NCBI GenBank assembly: GCA_030390025.1
Contig: CM059438.1
Span: 63,614,001-63,678,000, forward strand
Reading direction: 5' to 3'
Origin: Squalus acanthias
Lineage: Eukaryota
DNA length: 64,000 nucleotides
Shown here: positions 61,701 through 64,000 of the stretch, in pieces
Layout: the number at the start of each line of letters is the position of its first letter
How positions within the stretch are numbered: position 1 is the stretch's first letter
Notes under the pieces: model-generated
Databases searched by the model: none
What the model was told of the DNA's origin: nothing
The model's input: the letters and a program-made list of their open reading frames with translations, nothing else
Made by a program: the position numbers and the translations under genes

Positions 61701-62563
61701 CCACACGCTGGCCTGAGGCAATTCCACTGACCTCTACCACCACCGCCGACATCGCCAGAGCCTTCGTCAGCACCTGGGTCGCATGGTTCGGCGTCCCCTC
61801 CGACATGACGTCGGACAGAGGTCCGCAATTTACCTCTGAACTCTGGACCGCCGTGGCACGCAATCTCGGGGTGACCATTCAGCGCACCACAGCGTACCAC
61901 CCCCAAGCCAACGGACTGTGTGAACGGTTCCACAGATCCTTGAAGGCATCTATTCGAGCCAGCCTCCAAGACGGCGCCTGGACCGACTGACTTCCGTGGG
62001 TCTTCCTCGGCCTGCGCACCGCGGTTAAAGAAGTCCTCCACGCATCGGCAGCAGAGCTCGTGTACGGTCAGCCGCTGCGCGTACCCGGCGAGTTCCTGCC
62101 CACCGCCACGACACCCTGGTCAGCCGACCAGCAACGCCACAACTTCGCCTCACCGGCGCTGCAGTTCGCCCCGGTGCCCATTGCCCGACACGGCGAATCC
62201 ACCTCACCCGTCCCACTAAGCCTGCACCAGGCACGGTTTGTTTTCGTCCGGCATGACGCCCACCGCAGACCCCTTCAACCCCTGTACGACGGGCCCTACA
62301 AGGTGCTACAGGCTGGGGACAAATTTTTCACCCTGCAAGTGGGCGACAGGACCGAAAAAGTGTCGGTTGACCGACTCAAGCCAGCACACTCGGAGCCCGG
62401 TGAGCAGGTCCCTGTAGCTCGTCCACCTCCACGTGGCCGACCTGCCCTCAAGCCGGTTCACCCGGCTGCTCCACGCCCGGCCATTCCACGTCCACCGGCG
62501 TCCTACAAGAGCCGCTCCGGCCGGCCCATCAGACCGCCGCACCGTCTCGTCCACACCTCCTAA
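58751..62563 (+). pseudogene. gag-pol: Single-frame gag-pol (1270 codons) with two premature stops
   Basis: CYYH-x9-C-x3-C gag knuckle, protease CDTGA, RT YLDD, RNase H, integrase; TAG 61271-61273 and TGA 61988-61990. Confidence 0.95.
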
Positions 62564-62572
62564 GCGGATTCT

Positions 62573-62580
62573 GGGGGGAG
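62573..62580 (+). promoter_or_regulatory. Polypurine tract
   Basis: GGGGGGAG just before the 3' LTR; also at 2419-2426. Confidence 0.75.
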
Positions 62581-62583
62581 CTG

Positions 62584-62820
62584 TGTGGTGGATCACCACC
62601 TAAAACGGGCATAATCCACCCTTCGGTCTGTGGACAAATTTCCAGCACCTTCCCTTTAAGGCACCTTACCTTTAAGGAGAAGGGGGCGGGGCCTCAGGTT
62701 TTACCCAGAGAATTCTGGGAGCTTTTCAGTCTACCATTTTGTACCATGCTGTGATTAAAAAGTCTCTTGTTTAACACAAATGGATTCAGCCTTAATTCGT
62801 GTTTCGCGGCAGCCTCAACA
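62584..62820 (+). repeat. 3' LTR
   Basis: Direct repeat of the 5' LTR. Confidence 0.96.
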
Positions 62821-63009
62821 AGGTCATGATAAATGAATGTATTCTCACTGCAACGCCCTGTGCAGGGATTACCTCAGATAAGGCTCTTTGGCCCCACTCT
62901 GTTCTTTGTCTTTATCAACATCATGAAAAGCGATGCTCTTATTGCTGATGCCACCACTGTCTGTATAATTATTTACTTCTCTTCTGATAGACAAAAAGGT
63001 AGAGACAGC

Positions 63010-63395
63010 ATTTGAGCACAAAAATCTATGCTGACGTTCCAGTGCAGTGCTGAGGGAATGCTGCACTGTCGGAGGTGCCGTCTTTCCGATGAGACATTAA
63101 ACCGAAGCCCCGTCTGCCCTCTTAGGCAAACATAAAAGATCCCGCGGCACAATTTTGAAGAAGAGCACGGGATATCCTGCCCAATATTTATCCATCAACC
63201 AACATTCACTAAAACAGATATCTGGCCATCATCATATTGCTGTTTGTGGGAGCTTGCTGTGTGCATATTGGCTGCTGCATTTCCCTACATTACAACAGTG
63301 ACTACACTTAAAATAGTGCTTCATTGACTGTAAAGCACTTTGGGATGTCCTGAGGTCATGAACAGGTGTTATATAAATACAAGTCTTTCTTTCTT
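63010..63395 (+). mobile_element. Deu-domain SINE (second tail fragment at 63548-63650)
   Basis: Core and tail as in other copies. Confidence 0.8.
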
Positions 63396-64000
63396 TATTG
63401 AACAATTGGCAGAGAGATAAAGTGCATTTCTTAGAAGAGTGAATCAAGAACTCTGCCGTAGGTTAACCTGGATATTCACCATCCATCTCTGCTCTCCTCA
63501 TTTACAAACATTCACTTTCTTTGCTTAGTAACTGCATGATAGGAACATCTACATTACAACAGTGACTACACATCAAAAGTACTTCATTGGCTGCAAAGCA
63601 CTTAGGAACGGGACATGAATGACGCTCTATAAATGGAAGTCTTTCTTTATAAGACCAAAAAGTACCCAATCTGCCCCCATCCTAGTGTATTATGGAACAA
63701 AGAAGTGATGAAGATAGCTGGAACTGTTAGTACGAAAGAGGATTATTCAGAAGAACTCAGCCCTCTTTTGCAGTGCTTTATAAAGCCTGTGAGCAATGGA
63801 AATTTGTAGCCCTGTTTGATGGGTTCCTGGGCTGAGCTGAAAGGCATACAGGTCTCAGCGAGGATGGTGTGCTCCAGGCAAACTCCAACATTAGAAAAAC
63901 GTGACTGTCAGTCCCCGACAAGATCACAGAACAAAATATAGAAAATACTGGAAACGAAAAAGCAGGTAAGTCGGCAGTAAGTTAGAAGAGTGAAAAGATA

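Larger units (their letters stand above)
58474..62820 (+). mobile_element. Complete Ty3/gypsy LTR retrotransposon copy 2 (CsRn1-like), 4347 bp
   Basis: Two 237-bp TG..CA LTRs, 4-bp TSD AGGT (58470-58473 and 62821-62824), PBS, PPT, gag-pol. Confidence 0.98.

Overview
Non-coding, repeat-dense vertebrate DNA. The repeat complement (HE1/V-SINE, Deu-domain SINE, abundant CR1 and L2) points to a cartilaginous fish; this is inference. I recognise no host protein-coding gene, rRNA, tRNA gene or CRISPR array. Contents: (i) two direct-orientation copies of a GC-rich CsRn1-clade Ty3/gypsy element, one cut by the window start (1-2670) and one complete (58474-62820; 237-bp LTRs, AGGT TSD, tRNA-Trp PBS); (ii) a 5'-truncated CR1 with an open 975-aa ORF2 (33652-36579) plus many CR1, L2, RTE and other LINE fragments; (iii) two Penelope-like families carrying minimal hammerhead ribozyme motifs, some as fold-backs; (iv) about ten GC-rich TIR elements with 3-bp TSDs (PIF/Harbinger-like MITEs), many with consensus 5' splice-site motifs on both strands; (v) three tRNA-derived SINE families whose tails match LINEs in the window; (vi) unique AT-rich blocks that may be conserved non-coding elements. 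All alignments and identities were judged by eye; no searches were run.
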